DNA of 64,000 nt from Mobula hypostoma (Eukaryota). Both the position numbers and the translations under genes were made by a program. The stretch lies in contig NC_086108.1 of the NCBI RefSeq assembly GCF_963921235.1, positions 87,918,001 through 87,982,000 on the forward strand, read 5' to 3'. The notes beneath the pieces are model-generated. The model was not told where the DNA came from. It worked only from the letters and a program-made list of their open reading frames with translations, and ran no database searches. Positions 26,749 through 38,182 of this stretch are shown here, piece by piece. Numbering within the stretch: the stretch's first letter is position 1; the number at the start of each line of letters is the position of its first letter.

Positions 26749-28044
26749 CAGACATCCCACCTCTCCCGGAAGATCCGGGAGTCTCCCGCATATCGATAGT
26801 GGCTCCCTGACGTCCGGAAATTATGTACAATATCCCGGAAATAGATTTTTTTGAGAGGGAGAGCGAGCATCCTGATTGGTCTCTCTTTGTGCTAAGAGGG
26901 GCCCCCAACCACCGGGCTGTGAGGAAACAATATGATATGGTGATATGAAACGATATGAGTCATTTGCACCTTTCCTCATTCCCTGTCACGCACTGTTGAA
27001 CTTGAACGCACGCGAGGTCACTACGCGCGCATCGTCCATGTCAGCGTGGGAAAAAGATCAACTCCTCGAGCTTGCAAATGATGGCGGGCTGAAAAGTATG
27101 TTTGACATAACATCTCTGCCGGCATTCTGGATCAAAGTCAAGGCTGAATATCCTGAGACAGCCACGAAAGCACTGAAAACGTTGCTTCCATTTCCAACAT
27201 CATATCGCTGCGAAGCAGAGTTTTCTGCAATGAATACAACGAAAACTAAATTGCGGAATAGACTGGAACCCCCTTCAAGTATCGCTGTCTCCATTCACCC
27301 CTCGATGGCACCGTCTTGTTGCAGGAAAACAAGCCCAGGGCTCCCACTGATTCAGTGATATTGGTGTGTTGCAGTGATTTTATATGTTTATACGGAGAAA
27401 ATATGTGCTGTGTGTTTAATATCCAAACGTTACTTAAAATGTTATGATGCTATTGACTTATCACCTATATTTCGGTCGTGATTAACCCCCCCCCCCCCCC
27501 ACCACCACCCCGGTCCACGAGAATATTGTCAATATTAAACCGGTCTGTGGTGCAAAAAATGTTGGGGACCCCTGCTAAGTAGACCTATCAGTTTTCTCTG
27601 TGGGCGGGCTTTACAGTCGACCTCAAAAATAATGACAGTGTTGCTCGTTTGCAACAGTGACTTTTCTATTGCCCATGGTGGGTTAAAATGCAAAAGACAT
27701 GTTGAGGTGAGTTTAACAGGTGTCATTACAGCATAGCTAACGTTATTTAAACTAGCTGGCTAGGTGCTAAGGAGCTACGCTATTGATGTCCTACGTGATG
27801 AGGCCAAACTCCCTGTAGACTTGCTTAAAGTTGTAATAGAATAAACATGATAATATAAGTACATATTTTAATGTCACATTTGCTGCATATACCCAACTTG
27901 GTTTACAGATTAGACAAAATTAGTAAACAAAGTATTACATACACCCTTGGAGGTCGGGGGGGGGGAGGAGAATATGGTGTTGCGGGGGGGGGGGGGCGGG
28001 GGTGCTACCTCCCTGAAATGAGCTTTTGCAGGGTGGGATGTCTG
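26749..28044. mobile_element. Non-autonomous DNA transposon, 13-bp TIR, 6-bp TSD (hAT-like), carrying a nested insertion
   Basis: CAGACATCCCACC ... GGTGGGATGTCTG perfect TIR; CTTTCT at 26743-26748 and 28045-28050. Confidence 0.85.
26896..27574 (+). mobile_element. Charlie/Buster-type hAT deletion derivative nested in the previous element
   Basis: TIR (G)AGGGGCCCCCAAC ... GTTGGGGACCCCTG; GCTAAG duplicated at the flanks; dimerisation domain FWIKVKAEYP...LLPFPTSYRCEAEFS..TKTKLRNRL. Confidence 0.88.
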
Positions 28045-28217
28045 CTTTCTGTATATTCAGATTCCAAATTTCAGTTCTGTTTATCAATGCTAGCAATTCA
28101 GATACTGGCCAATAATTCTGTTGCTAAATTTGTGTTACACCAAATTATGTCACTATTCAATTCTGCAAAGCAAATTGCAAATTTAGACAGGGCCCTTATC
28201 TGAAAATAGTTACTTAC

Positions 28218-28449
28218 CTTAACAGCACCCTGATGCTGTGTGAACGTATGTAATGGTTGGCATGCTGCATCATTCCCAGTAATGCTTGGCCAGATATTCA
28301 GAATGTTGTCATTGCCACCACTAGCAAGACACCTGCCATCAGGTGACCACTTCAAGCCGCAGACTTCTTGTGTATGTCCTGTCAAGGTAGCTACATGGTG
28401 TTGTGCGATGCGGACATCATGATGGTGGATTTCACCTATTCTGGAGCCA
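28218..28449 (-). CDS. CDC20: CDC20 coding exon 7 (WD40)
   Basis: SGSRIGEIHHHDVRIAQHHVATLTGHTQEVCGLKWSPDGRCLASGGNDN...HQGAVK; 232 nt; AAG|GTAAGT. Confidence 0.97.
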
Positions 28450-28583
28450 CTAAATTTAAGGGAAAATAGAGAGGTTAGGCCTTTCTTTTGCCTTAGCATT
28501 TCCAGAAGAGTTTGATGAATGCTTATTTCACTATGCTTGAGGAAGAACATTCAAACAGCATCTTAATGAGCATGATTTATTAC

Positions 28584-28678
28584 CTGGACAAGATGTAACT
28601 GTTCCAACTGAGTGACCCAACTCGTACCGTGTGACTCACCATATTCCTCAGACGTTTCTGGCGTTCCACATCCCAAAC
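28584..28678 (-). CDS. CDC20: CDC20 coding exon 6 (WD40)
   Basis: VWDVERQKRLRNMVSHTVRVGSLSWNSYILS; 95 nt; acceptor ttttgag|, donor AG|GTAATA. Confidence 0.95.
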
Positions 28679-29460
28679 CTCAAAACAAATATTTACCGTA
28701 AAAGTCCAAACATGTCCAAGCAAGATACATTTTCTGTAAAAGGCCAGAGTTTTAGGAGAGCAAAACATTTTGTAATTCCTTCGCTGGCCATAGAGCAATT
28801 GTCTTATTAATGAACAAACAATAAATTAGTTTCCACAAACACAGCCAGTTATTTTCTTTTGTTTGATGAAACAAAGTAAATCATGATCTATTAATGCCTA
28901 CCTTTACAAATCAAAAAAAGGGTACTTCACTGGGGTCAATTCCAGGGAGCAAGGATGACTTAAAGCCACTCTGGTTTTGTAGATAGAAGGCAAATGATGA
29001 TGCCAGTGTGTACTCAAGATGCTCTATAACTTCCCTGGTGAGCCTTTTCTCATCTATGATGAATCAGGAATTATAAGAAGCCTGTGGGTTTGTTGTTGTT
29101 TTTTTTTAAAAAAAAAAGAACCACACTCCTCACCCAAGGCAGCATTGAGGCCATCCCTTGAACTTTTCCTATGTTCCTTAGATTGCGTATTTTGTAGGAG
29201 ACTGCATGCCAATGAAGTGGTTTGACCAAATGCAACTTGGGCCACAACACTGGACAGTGGCTCACTTATCCTTCCAGTGAATTAAGGATTTTTCCCCAAG
29301 GCCTCAAGCTGTTCGCTGTAGGGAATTGAGTCCGTGCATATAGGATAGAATATCATGGCCATTTGATTATGATTAAACTTGCTGCTCATACTTTGTAGAT
29401 GACCAGGAAGTACCAGCTGTCTACAAAGTTGAAATCAGAAGCCCCGCACTCTGCTCTTAC

Positions 29461-29657
29461 CTGTACTTCACCATTTCTAGTCCCAACTGCTAAATAATTG
29501 CCTTCTTTTATCCAGGACACAGAGGCGATGTAATCTTCCTGACCCTCAAGCTGTACAAGAGGCAGGATATCACCAGACTCAGCATGCCAGAGATACACAT
29601 TATTTGCAAGTCCCACAGCCAAGTAGTTCAAGGAACTCCAATCAATCAAATTTAGAT
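29461..29657 (-). CDS. CDC20: CDC20 coding exon 5 (WD40)
   Basis: YLNLIDWSSLNYLAVGLANNVYLW...SVSWIKEGNYLAVGTRNGEVQ; 197 nt; CAG|GTAAGA. Confidence 0.97.
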
Positions 29658-29804
29658 CTGAAGTATGGGAACAAAAGAAAACAGATGGAGTAAGCTACTT
29701 AGAAGTGACCAAATGATTACATTTGTTGTTCTCAGCTGTAGGTGTAATCATTATATCAGCCATTTCCAAAGTTTTAAGCTAAAAGTACAAGTGTCACAAC
29801 TTAC

Positions 29805-29933
29805 AATAATCATTTCTGATCTCTGGAGCATCCAGAATTCTTTCTGGCATAGAGGGGATGTATCGGGTGGGCTTCTTTGTGGAACTTGGTGTTGTTGACT
29901 GACTGTACAGAACTTTCAGGTTGTTCTGGTAAC
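29805..29933 (-). CDS. CDC20: CDC20 coding exon 4
   Basis: Manual translation YQNNLKVLYSQSTTPSSTKKPTRYIPSMPERILDAPEIRNDY; 129 nt; cctag| and T|GTAAGT. Confidence 0.96.
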
Positions 29934-30086
29934 CTAGGAAAGAAATGAGAGAGCATGATTCCACAGGCTACCTTCAGGATGGGATTCCAACTGACAAAAC
30001 CAGAGCGGAAGCAAGAATTAACCACCACCAAAATAGAAAAATCAATATTCAATTAACCTTGCTTTAAAGAGTGCAAGTTAAAATAC

Positions 30087-30183
30087 CTTCAGGTGCACAA
30101 AGAGGTTTCCCACTCAGTCGTAGAATTTTAGCCTGCTCAACATCATAACCATTCAAGTTTAAGGACCAGGATTTCTGCTGTTC
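30087..30183 (-). CDS. CDC20: CDC20 coding exon 3 (KILR / Mad2-binding motif)
   Basis: Manual translation EQQKSWSLNLNGYDVEQAKILRLSGKPLCAPE(G); 97 nt; canonical splice sites. Not in the ORF track. Confidence 0.96.
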
Positions 30184-30269
30184 CTGAAGAGAAATATTGC
30201 AACTTATGATGAGAGCAAACATTCAATTTAGCACAAAGCATTTTTGTTGACTTATCACAAATGAGAACT

Positions 30270-30890
30270 GCCCCCCCCATAGAAAAGGGCTGGAGAAGGG
30301 GTAAATCTGATAAGAGAGGACAGACCACCAAGGAAGAAAGAAAAGGGGATGAGCACCAGAGGGAGGTGATGACAGATAAGGAGATAAGGTGAGAGGGAAA
30401 TGAGGAATTGGGAGTCTACCCAGACAGAATAGATATTGTTCCTCTAACCTGAGTGTATCCTCATTGCAACAGTGGAGGAGGCCATGGGTTGACATTTCGG
30501 AACGGGAACAGGAATTGGAATTAAAATGGATGGCCACTGGGAGAACCCACTTTTTTTGGCAGATGGAGTGTAGGTGCTCAGCAAAGCCGTCTTCCAATCT
30601 ATGTCAGGCTGGAGGAGCAACCCCACCTTCACTATTCCCCTCATCTCTTATCTGCCCATCACCTCCTCGGAAGGTCCTCTCCTTTCTCTTCTGTCCCAAC
30701 CTCCCCCACCACACCTACCCCAGTTTCACACATCACCCAACATGTTTCTTCCTCCCCTCTGCCCAACTTCTCACCCTGAGTTTTTTCTTCTCCAGTCCTG
30801 ATGAAGGGTCTTGGACTGAAAGGTCAACTGTATGCTTTTCCATAGATGCTGCCTAGGCCTGCTGAGTTCCTCTAGCATTTTATGTTTGTT
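30270..30890. mobile_element. Penelope-like 3' fragments, inverted arrangement, in a CDC20 intron
   Basis: FAEHLHS...PVAIHFNS...LRLEEQ on minus, followed by a plus-strand terminus with a degenerate hammerhead (CTGATGAAGGG...GAAA). Confidence 0.75.
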
Positions 30891-31349
30891 GACTTGCATT
30901 CACTCACCTAGCTCTTTCAGGCACCCAATTTTGTTAAATGCTTTTGCCAAAAACATTCACATTTTCCCCCAACAGTTAGTTAGCAAACTGCTAACATTCT
31001 ATTCATCACTTACAGCTCTTATACATTTGAATACGCCTTTTATAAAATATACCACTAAGATACTTAAATACACAATTTACCAGATACTCACTTCAAACGA
31101 AAATGTGCACTTCCCCATGTTTTGGGATGTCAATTTACTTAGAGGAAATAAAGACTCTAAGATGAAAATGCCTGTAACTCTTCACCCCATGCAAAAACAA
31201 GGCATTAGTTTCCAAATTCTAAACAAGGACGCCATTGTATAATCAGGGGTAAAATCTACAATGGCCCACTGAATCCAAGAACAGATTTGACAGTTATACA
31301 TACTATACAAATAAGCACATTTATTCATCAGTGAATTTTTGATACTTAC

Positions 31350-31516
31350 CTTCTTGGTTGGAGATTCATTTTCTTGTTCATTCTCTTTGTTAATCAAGAA
31401 ATGTGCTACATCCATTTGTACTGCATTGCGGGTTGGAATATAACGATCAGCGCCTGCTTTTGATGGTGTCCCCTGCACTCGGGAACATTTAGAAGATCTA
31501 GGGGTTTTTGTCCTGC
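31350..31516 (-). CDS. CDC20: CDC20 coding exon 2 (C-box DRYIPTR, KEN box)
   Basis: GRTKTPRSSK...GADRYIPTRNAVQMDVAHFLINKENE...SPTKK; acceptor ttcag|, donor AAG|GTAAGT; 167 nt. Confidence 0.97.
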
Positions 31517-31682
31517 CTGAAGGCAAAACAAAAATAATTAAAATTCCTTCTCTGTGTCATGTGCCCAAAAAGTTTTGTTCTTCCAAGAAGAGGAATTTTG
31601 GCAAATCCATATGAAAGTAATGCCAACTCTAATCTAGAAGGAGCACACATTAGGATTGTTATAGTGGTACACCGTTTCATGG

Positions 31683-31903
31683 TGTTGTGCATTTAATATT
31701 TCAGTAATATTTGAATAATATTGGAAATATTCTATTTGATAAAGAATTCTTTGTAGTTTAATTCATTAAGGTTATCAACATACATCACACTAGCACGTGA
31801 TACTTGTGCACCTCACTAAAGTAAATATGAAGTTAGACTCTTATTTCAGTCTCCCAAGTCTTCCTTTTGAATTAGTTTGATGTTTAAAGTAAAAAAAAAA
31901 ACA
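31683..31903. mobile_element. Second, diverged copy of the 847-1083 LTR in opposite orientation (CDC20 intron)
   Basis: Starts TGTTGTGCATTTAATATTTCAGTAATATTTGA, matching the reverse complement of 1050-1083; similarity continues along its length. Confidence 0.7.
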
Positions 31904-32578
31904 AGCAGCATCCAATTTTAGATTAGATTAAGGCTCTACAGTAGCAAGCAGTTTGCTGGAGGCTATCATAGCTCAGGATGTCAGAATTCAATTCCAGCAC
32001 CATCTGTAAGTAGTCTCTGTACATCCTCCCTGTGGAATGCATGGGTACCCACCCCAAGTAATCCGGTTTCCTCCCACAGCCAAAAGGCATACCAGGTAGG
32101 TTAAGGGGTCATTGTACATTGTCCCATGATTAGGTTAATCAAGAGTTCTCAGGCCTGGAAGGGCTTACTCTGCATGATCACTAAATAAAATAAAATCCAA
32201 CACCATAGTGACTGGCCTAGTGTGGCTTCTGCACATTAAATTAATTAGCAAGTTTAAAGTGAACAAACATTGGGCATAGCTTCAAACTTTGGGTGCATGT
32301 TAGTAAAACAACTTAGAAAAAGTGTTCAGATGTTCCCATTATCAATGTTGTACATTTAATTGAGAGAAATACAGTCAGGAGGTGGGTGGGCCAAGTATGG
32401 AGAAAGAACAAATGGAAATAATGCCCATGACTTACACATCAACACCAAAATAAAAAAGGGCTACCCTTATCACCAACATTTCAAAGCATTAGTATAGAAA
32501 ATGAAGAAAACCTCTCCAAAATTACGAACATTACCCGACAAGAATCACCTAAAACCAGAGACAATGTGAACTGAATAC

Positions 32579-32795
32579 CTGGTGTCTTACTGGGTGTCAG
32601 TTTAGATGTGTTCAGTGACCGGTTTGTAGCTTTCATTGGGGATAAGCCACTAACGTTGGCTGAAGTAGACAAAGAGCCAGTCGCACCATTGCTTTCCTTA
32701 GCCTTGCGCTGCCACCTGGCCAGGGGCCCATTTGTTATGGGAGCATCCAATTTCAGAATATTATTAATGTCACTCTCAAAAACAAACTGAGCCAT
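32579..32795 (-). CDS. CDC20: CDC20 coding exon 1 (ATG at 32795; acceptor at 32806)
   Basis: Translates MAQFVFESDINNILKLDAPITNGPLARWQRKAKE...SPMKATNRS...TPSKTP, the vertebrate CDC20 N-terminus. Acceptor cttgcag| and donor G|GTATTC; 217 nt, phase 1. Confidence 0.97.
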
Positions 32796-32965
32796 TCTGC
32801 TCACACCTGCAAGGGAAATATTTGTTAACAGACACCAGGAGATAATTCACTAACTAAGCAGTTTATTCATACAACTTGCATTTCATGTCCACTCTTTATC
32901 TTAAAGTCAGTTTAGTGAACACATTTAGAAGATGCTAGCAAGGAGAGAAACTGAAGTCAAGACTT

Positions 32966-34520
32966 AGTAACACACATAAAAGTTGCTGGTGAACGCAGCA
33001 GGCCAGGCAGCATCTCTAGGAAGAGGTGCAGTCGACGTTTCAGGCCAAGACCCTTTGTCAGGACTAACTGAAGGAAGAGTGAGTAAGGGATTTGAAAGTT
33101 GGAGGGGGAGGGGGAGATCCAAAATGATAGGAGAAGACAGGAGGGGGAGGGATAGAGCCGAGAGCTGGACAGGTGATTGGCAAAAGGGATACGAGAGGAT
33201 CATGGGACAGGAGGTCCGGGAAGAAAGGCAAGTGTGGGGGGGTGGGACCCAGAGGATGGACAAGGGGTAGATTCAGAAGGAGAAAAAGGAGAGTGAGAGA
33301 AAGAATGTGTGTATAAAAATAAGTAAGATGGGGTACGAGGGGGAGGTGGGGCATTAGCGGAAGTTTGAGAAGTCAATGTTCATGCCATCAGGTTGGAGCC
33401 TACCCAGACGGAATACAAGGTGTTGTTCCTCCAACCTGAGTGTGGCTTCATCTTTACAGTAGAGGCGGCCATGGACAGACATGTCAGAATGGGAATGGGA
33501 TGTGGAATTAAAATGTGTGGCCACTGGGAGATCCTGCTTTCTCTGGCGGACAGAGCGTAGGTGTTCAGCAAAGCGTCTCCCAGTCTGCATTGGGTCTCGC
33601 CAATATATAAAAGGCCACATCGGGAGCACCGGACGCAGTATATCAGCCCAGTTGACTCACAGGTGAAGTGTTGCCTCACCTGGAAGAACTGTTTGGGGCC
33701 CTGAATGGTGGTAAGGGAGGAAGTGTAAGGGCATGTGTAGCACTTGTTCCGCTTACACGGATAAGTGCCAGGAAGGAGATCAGTGGGGAGGGATGGGGGG
33801 GGGGAAAACGAATGGACAAGGGAGTCACGTAGGGAGCAATCCCTGCGGAATATATTGGCGAGACCCGACGCAGACTGGGAGACCGCTTTGCTGAACACCT
33901 ACACTCTGTCCGCCAGAGAAAACAGGATCTCCCAGTGGCCACACATTTTAATTCCACATCCCATTCCCATTCTGACATGTCAATCCACGGCCTCCTCTAT
34001 TGTAAAGATGAAGCCACACTCAGGTTGGAGGAACAACACCTTATATTCCATCTGGGTAGCCTCCAACCTGATGGCATGAACATCAACTTCTCTAACTTCT
34101 GCTAATGCCCCACCTCCCCCTCGTACCCCATCTGTTACTTATTTTTATACACACATTCTTTCTCTCACTCTCCTTTTCCTCCCTCTGAATATACCCCTTG
34201 CCCATCCTCTGGGTCCCCCCCCCCCGTCTTTCTTCCCGGACCTCCTGTCCCATGATCCTCTCGTATCCCTTTTGCCTATCACCTGTCCAGCTCTTGGCTC
34301 CATCCCTCCCCCTCCTGTCTTCTCCTATCATTTTGTATCTCCCCCTCCCCCTCCAACTTTCAAATCCCTTACTCACTCTTCCCTCAGTTAGTCCTGACGA
34401 AGGGTCTCGGCCTGAAACGTCGACTGCACCTCTTCCTAGGGATGCTGCCTGGCCTGCTGCGTTCACCAGCAACTTTTACGTGTGTTGCTTGAATTTCCAG
34501 CATCTGCAGAATTCCTGTTG
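32966..34520. mobile_element. Two Penelope-like element 3' portions in inverted orientation (GIY-YIG remnant + terminal repeat)
   Basis: QVRQHFTCESTGLIYCVRCSRCGLLYIGET...RFAEHLRS is a GIY-YIG endonuclease. 32968-33609 and 33850-34487 are near reverse complements. Confidence 0.92.
34390..34425 (+). ncRNA. Minimal type I hammerhead ribozyme motif in a Penelope terminus, intact core
   Basis: AGUC-CUGACGA-AGG gucucgg CCU-GAAAC-GUC-GACU: stem I, conserved core, stem II, GAAA and GUC cleavage triplet. Confidence 0.8.
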
Positions 34521-35529
34521 TCAAGGCTTAGTAAATTTTTTTTTTTTTAAAAAAAACCTTGTCCAAAATGTTTACAAACCTAACATTTCTTGTATCTGAC
34601 TGCAGCTGGAAATTATAAATGTCAGGCTCATTTACTTTGACTTCAATGATATGATTGTGGGCTTAATGAAATTTGATCAATAACAATGCAATCTCTTCTT
34701 GTAGACTGCAGATTGCAGTAACAGAATCTACCAAGTTTTTAATTGGGGAGAAGTACATGAAACCTAGAGAGTTCAGCAACAGAACAGTGATGTAGTAGAG
34801 CACATCGTCATTACGAAGGAGGTGTGAGTGGTCTTGAAGTGCACAAGTGGTTGAATCCCCGGAGCCTGTCGAGGTGCATTGCTACAAGCAGCAAGGAGGA
34901 AGACAGAGTCCTGACAAAATTTTACATCTTCAGCGTGAGTGAGGTACCAGATCAGAGGATGGCCAATGAACAACCTGCAGGAGGAACACTGGACAGCAGC
35001 ATTTGTGGAAGGAAATGTCAACATTTCAGGTTGAAACCCGCAACATTAGTGCGAATTAATTGATTTTGGGAAGTTAAACCAGGCCAGGGTATACACAGAT
35101 AATAGCAAGGCCCTGGAAGGGCTATTGAACAGCAACAGCTTAGGGTACAAATGTATAGTTCCTGAAAGCAGCAATGCAGACAGACAGGAGCGAAGATGGC
35201 AAATGGTATGCTTGCCTTTATCTGTGGAGGCCTTCAGCTGGGTGGGACATCATGCTGTGGTTATACAAACACTGGGGCAGCTCTGGTCATCATAATACAG
35301 GATGATGTTCAACCGCAAAGGATAGAAAAGTTACCTGGGCTGGAGGACGTGACAGGTTCAGATTGTTCTCTCTGGAGAGAAGGCTGATTTTGAGATTGAT
35401 TAAATAAGAGTGCTTAAGCTGAGTAGATAGCACATCCTCCTCCCCCAACTCAGATGAACTTGAACTAGAGGACATGTTTAATTGAGTGGGGAAAGATTTC
35501 ATGGGGAAAGCTCAGAGAATGGTGGGTTT

Positions 35530-37135
35530 TCAGCTGGAGGAACTCAGCAGGCCAGGCAGCATCTATGGAAAGAGTACAGTCAACGTTTCGGGCTAACTCT
35601 CCAGCAGGACTGGAGAAAAAAAAGATAAGGAGTAGAGTTAAGGTGGGAGAGGAGAGGGAGAAACAAGGTAATAGGTGAAACTGGGAGGGGTGAAATAAAG
35701 AGCTGGGAAGTTGATTGGTGAAAGATACAGGGCTGGAGAAGGGTAGAGTCCGATAGGGGAGGAAAGAAGGCCATGGAAGAAAGAAAAGGGGGAAGGAGCA
35801 CCAGAGGAAGGTGATGGGAAGGCAAGAAGATCAGGTGAGAGAGAGAAAAGGGGATGGGGAATGGTGAAGGCAGTGGTGGCATTCCTGGAAATTTGACAAA
35901 TCAATGTTCATGCCATCAGGTTGGAGGCTACCCAGATGGAAGTCATGGATAAACATAGCGGAATGGGAATGGGAAGTGGAATTAAAATGGGTGGCTACTG
36001 GGAGATCCAGCTTTTTCTAGTCGACAGAGTGTAGGTGTGCGGCGAAGTAGTCTCCCAATCTATGTTGGTTCTCACGGATATAGAGGAGGCCATACTGGGA
36101 GCACTGGACACAGTATACAAGCCCAACAACCCACAGGTGAAGTGTCGCCTCACCTGGAGGGAAGGAGGTATAGGGACAGGTATAGCACTTGCTCCCATTT
36201 GCAAGGGTAAGTGCCAGGAGGGAGATCAGTGGGAGGGACAAACAGACAAGGGAATCACGTAGGGAGTGATCCCTGCAGAAACAGAAATTTGGGGGAGGGG
36301 GCGACGTGCTTGATGGTGGGATCCTGTTGGAGATGGTGATAGTTCTGGAGAATTATGTGCTGGATGCAGAGGCTGGTGGGGTGGTAGGTGAGGACAAGAG
36401 GAACCCTCCTCCTGGTAGTGGCAGGAGGATGAGGTGAGGGCACACATGCATGAAATTGAAGAGATGCAGTTGAGGACAGCATTGATGGTGGAGGAAGTGA
36501 AGCCCCTTTCTTTGGAGGAGGAGGAGGATATCTCCTTCATTCTGGAGTGAAAAGCCTTATCCTGAGAGCAGATGCAGCAGAGACAGAGGAGTTGAGAGAA
36601 GTGGGTGGCATGTTTACAAGTAACAGGGTGGGAGGAGGTATAGTCCAGGTAGCTGAGTGAGTTACTGGGTTTATAATCGACATCAGTAGATAAGCCGTGT
36701 CCAGAGATCGAGAAAGGGGAGGGAAGCATCTGAAGCTGACCAGGTAAGTTTGAGGGCAGGGTGGAAATTGGAGGCAAAGTTGGAAGCAGCACCAATGAGT
36801 CATCGATGTAGCATAGGAAAAGTTGGGGACAGACACTGCTGTAGGCTTGGAATATAGACTGTTCCACATAGCCGACAAAAAGGTAAACATAGCTGGGACC
36901 CATGTGAATGTCCATAACTGCACCTTGTTTGAAGGAAGTGGGAGGAGCCAAAGGAGAAATTATTACTAATGAGGACAAGCTGACTAGACAGAGGAGTGAT
37001 GGTGGAGGGGAACTGGTTGGGTCTGGTGTCCAGAAAGAAACTGAACTTTGAGACCTTCCTGGTGGGGGAATGGAAGCATATAGGAACCAGACATCCATAG
37101 TAAGAATATGATGGGGGCCGGAGAACTTAAAATCA
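35530..37135 (-). mobile_element. Decayed Penelope-like element (RT + GIY-YIG remnants)
   Basis: HMGPSYVYLFVGYVEQ...FLCYIDD (Penelope RT), YLDYTSSHP, VYCVQCSQYGLLYI; Penelope-type terminus at the left end. Confidence 0.85.
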
Positions 37136-37271
37136 TTGAAATGGTGGGTATATAGTTTGGAGGTGTAGCGGCAGATACATGGATCGGTAAGGTTTAAAGG
37201 GATATGGGACATATGCAGGCAAATGGGATTCATGTAGAAAGGCATTTTAGTTGGCATTCCCCTTATCCCTT

Positions 37272-37545
37272 TCATAGAACCATAGAACACTACAGCACAG
37301 AAAGCAGGCCATTCGACCCTTCTAGTCTGTGCCAAAACTTTATTCCGCCAGTCCCATTGACCTGCACCCAGTCCATAACCCTCCAGACCTCTCCCATCCA
37401 TGTATCTATCCAATTTATTCTTAAAACTTAAGAATGAGCCCGCATTTACCACGTCAGATGGCAGCTCGTTCCACACTCCCACCACTCTCTGAGTGAAGAA
37501 GTTCCCCCTAAACCATATAACAATTACAGCACGGAAACAGGCCAT
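37272..37545 (-). repeat. Young 5'-truncated CR1 3' end
   Basis: FFTQRVVGVWNELP..VVNAGS..KNKLDRYMD is nearly identical to the end of the CR1 at 52533-52780, with the same tail. Confidence 0.88.
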
Positions 37546-38182
37546 CTCCTACTGGGCAGAAGTCAGAAAGGAAACACACCACTAGGATCAAGCATAGGAT
37601 TTATCCCACATTTACAAGGGCCTCAGACAGGTCGGTTCAGTCGACCCTGCCATGGCCCTTGCACTTTTTGTCCACCAGCACTTTCTGTATAACTGCTATA
37701 CTACGCTCTGCATGGCTTTTTTTTTGTACCACTCTACTTACAGATGCTTGGATGTAAAACATAACTTTTCACTATATCTCAGCACATGTCAAAAATAATG
37801 CAATTATATTTATACCCATCAAAGCAGAATAGTTATGCAAAAGTCAAAACCATTTCTGTATTCACCCCCAAAACTGTCAGAAGGGTATAATATTGGATGA
37901 ATATCTCCGCTATTTGTTTATCCACCTGCCTGCCCTGTTAATACTCCCACCACCGCACTGGATGCCAGAGGCGGCTTGCAGGCGAACCCCCAACACTGGA
38001 CTGTATCCACCGTTAAATGGGGCCATTCCAACTCGCCCTTCAGCTTCGAGATGCCTGACCCGACCCCCACCCCACGCCTCACCACAGCCTTCAACCTGAT
38101 GTGGACAGGGACCTTGCCCGTTATCTCACCAGCTCAGTCAGACGCGTCCCGAATCTCCGGCGTATGAAATGGCCACCGGTAC

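Noticed and set aside
32796..32804. ORF-track start MSR for CDC20
   Set aside because: That start is a GTG just inside the acceptor; the conserved start is the ATG at 32795.
36226..37545. 439-aa ORF as a novel gene
   Set aside because: It is a chance read-through of a CR1 3' end into a decayed Penelope RT; the motifs drift in and out of frame.
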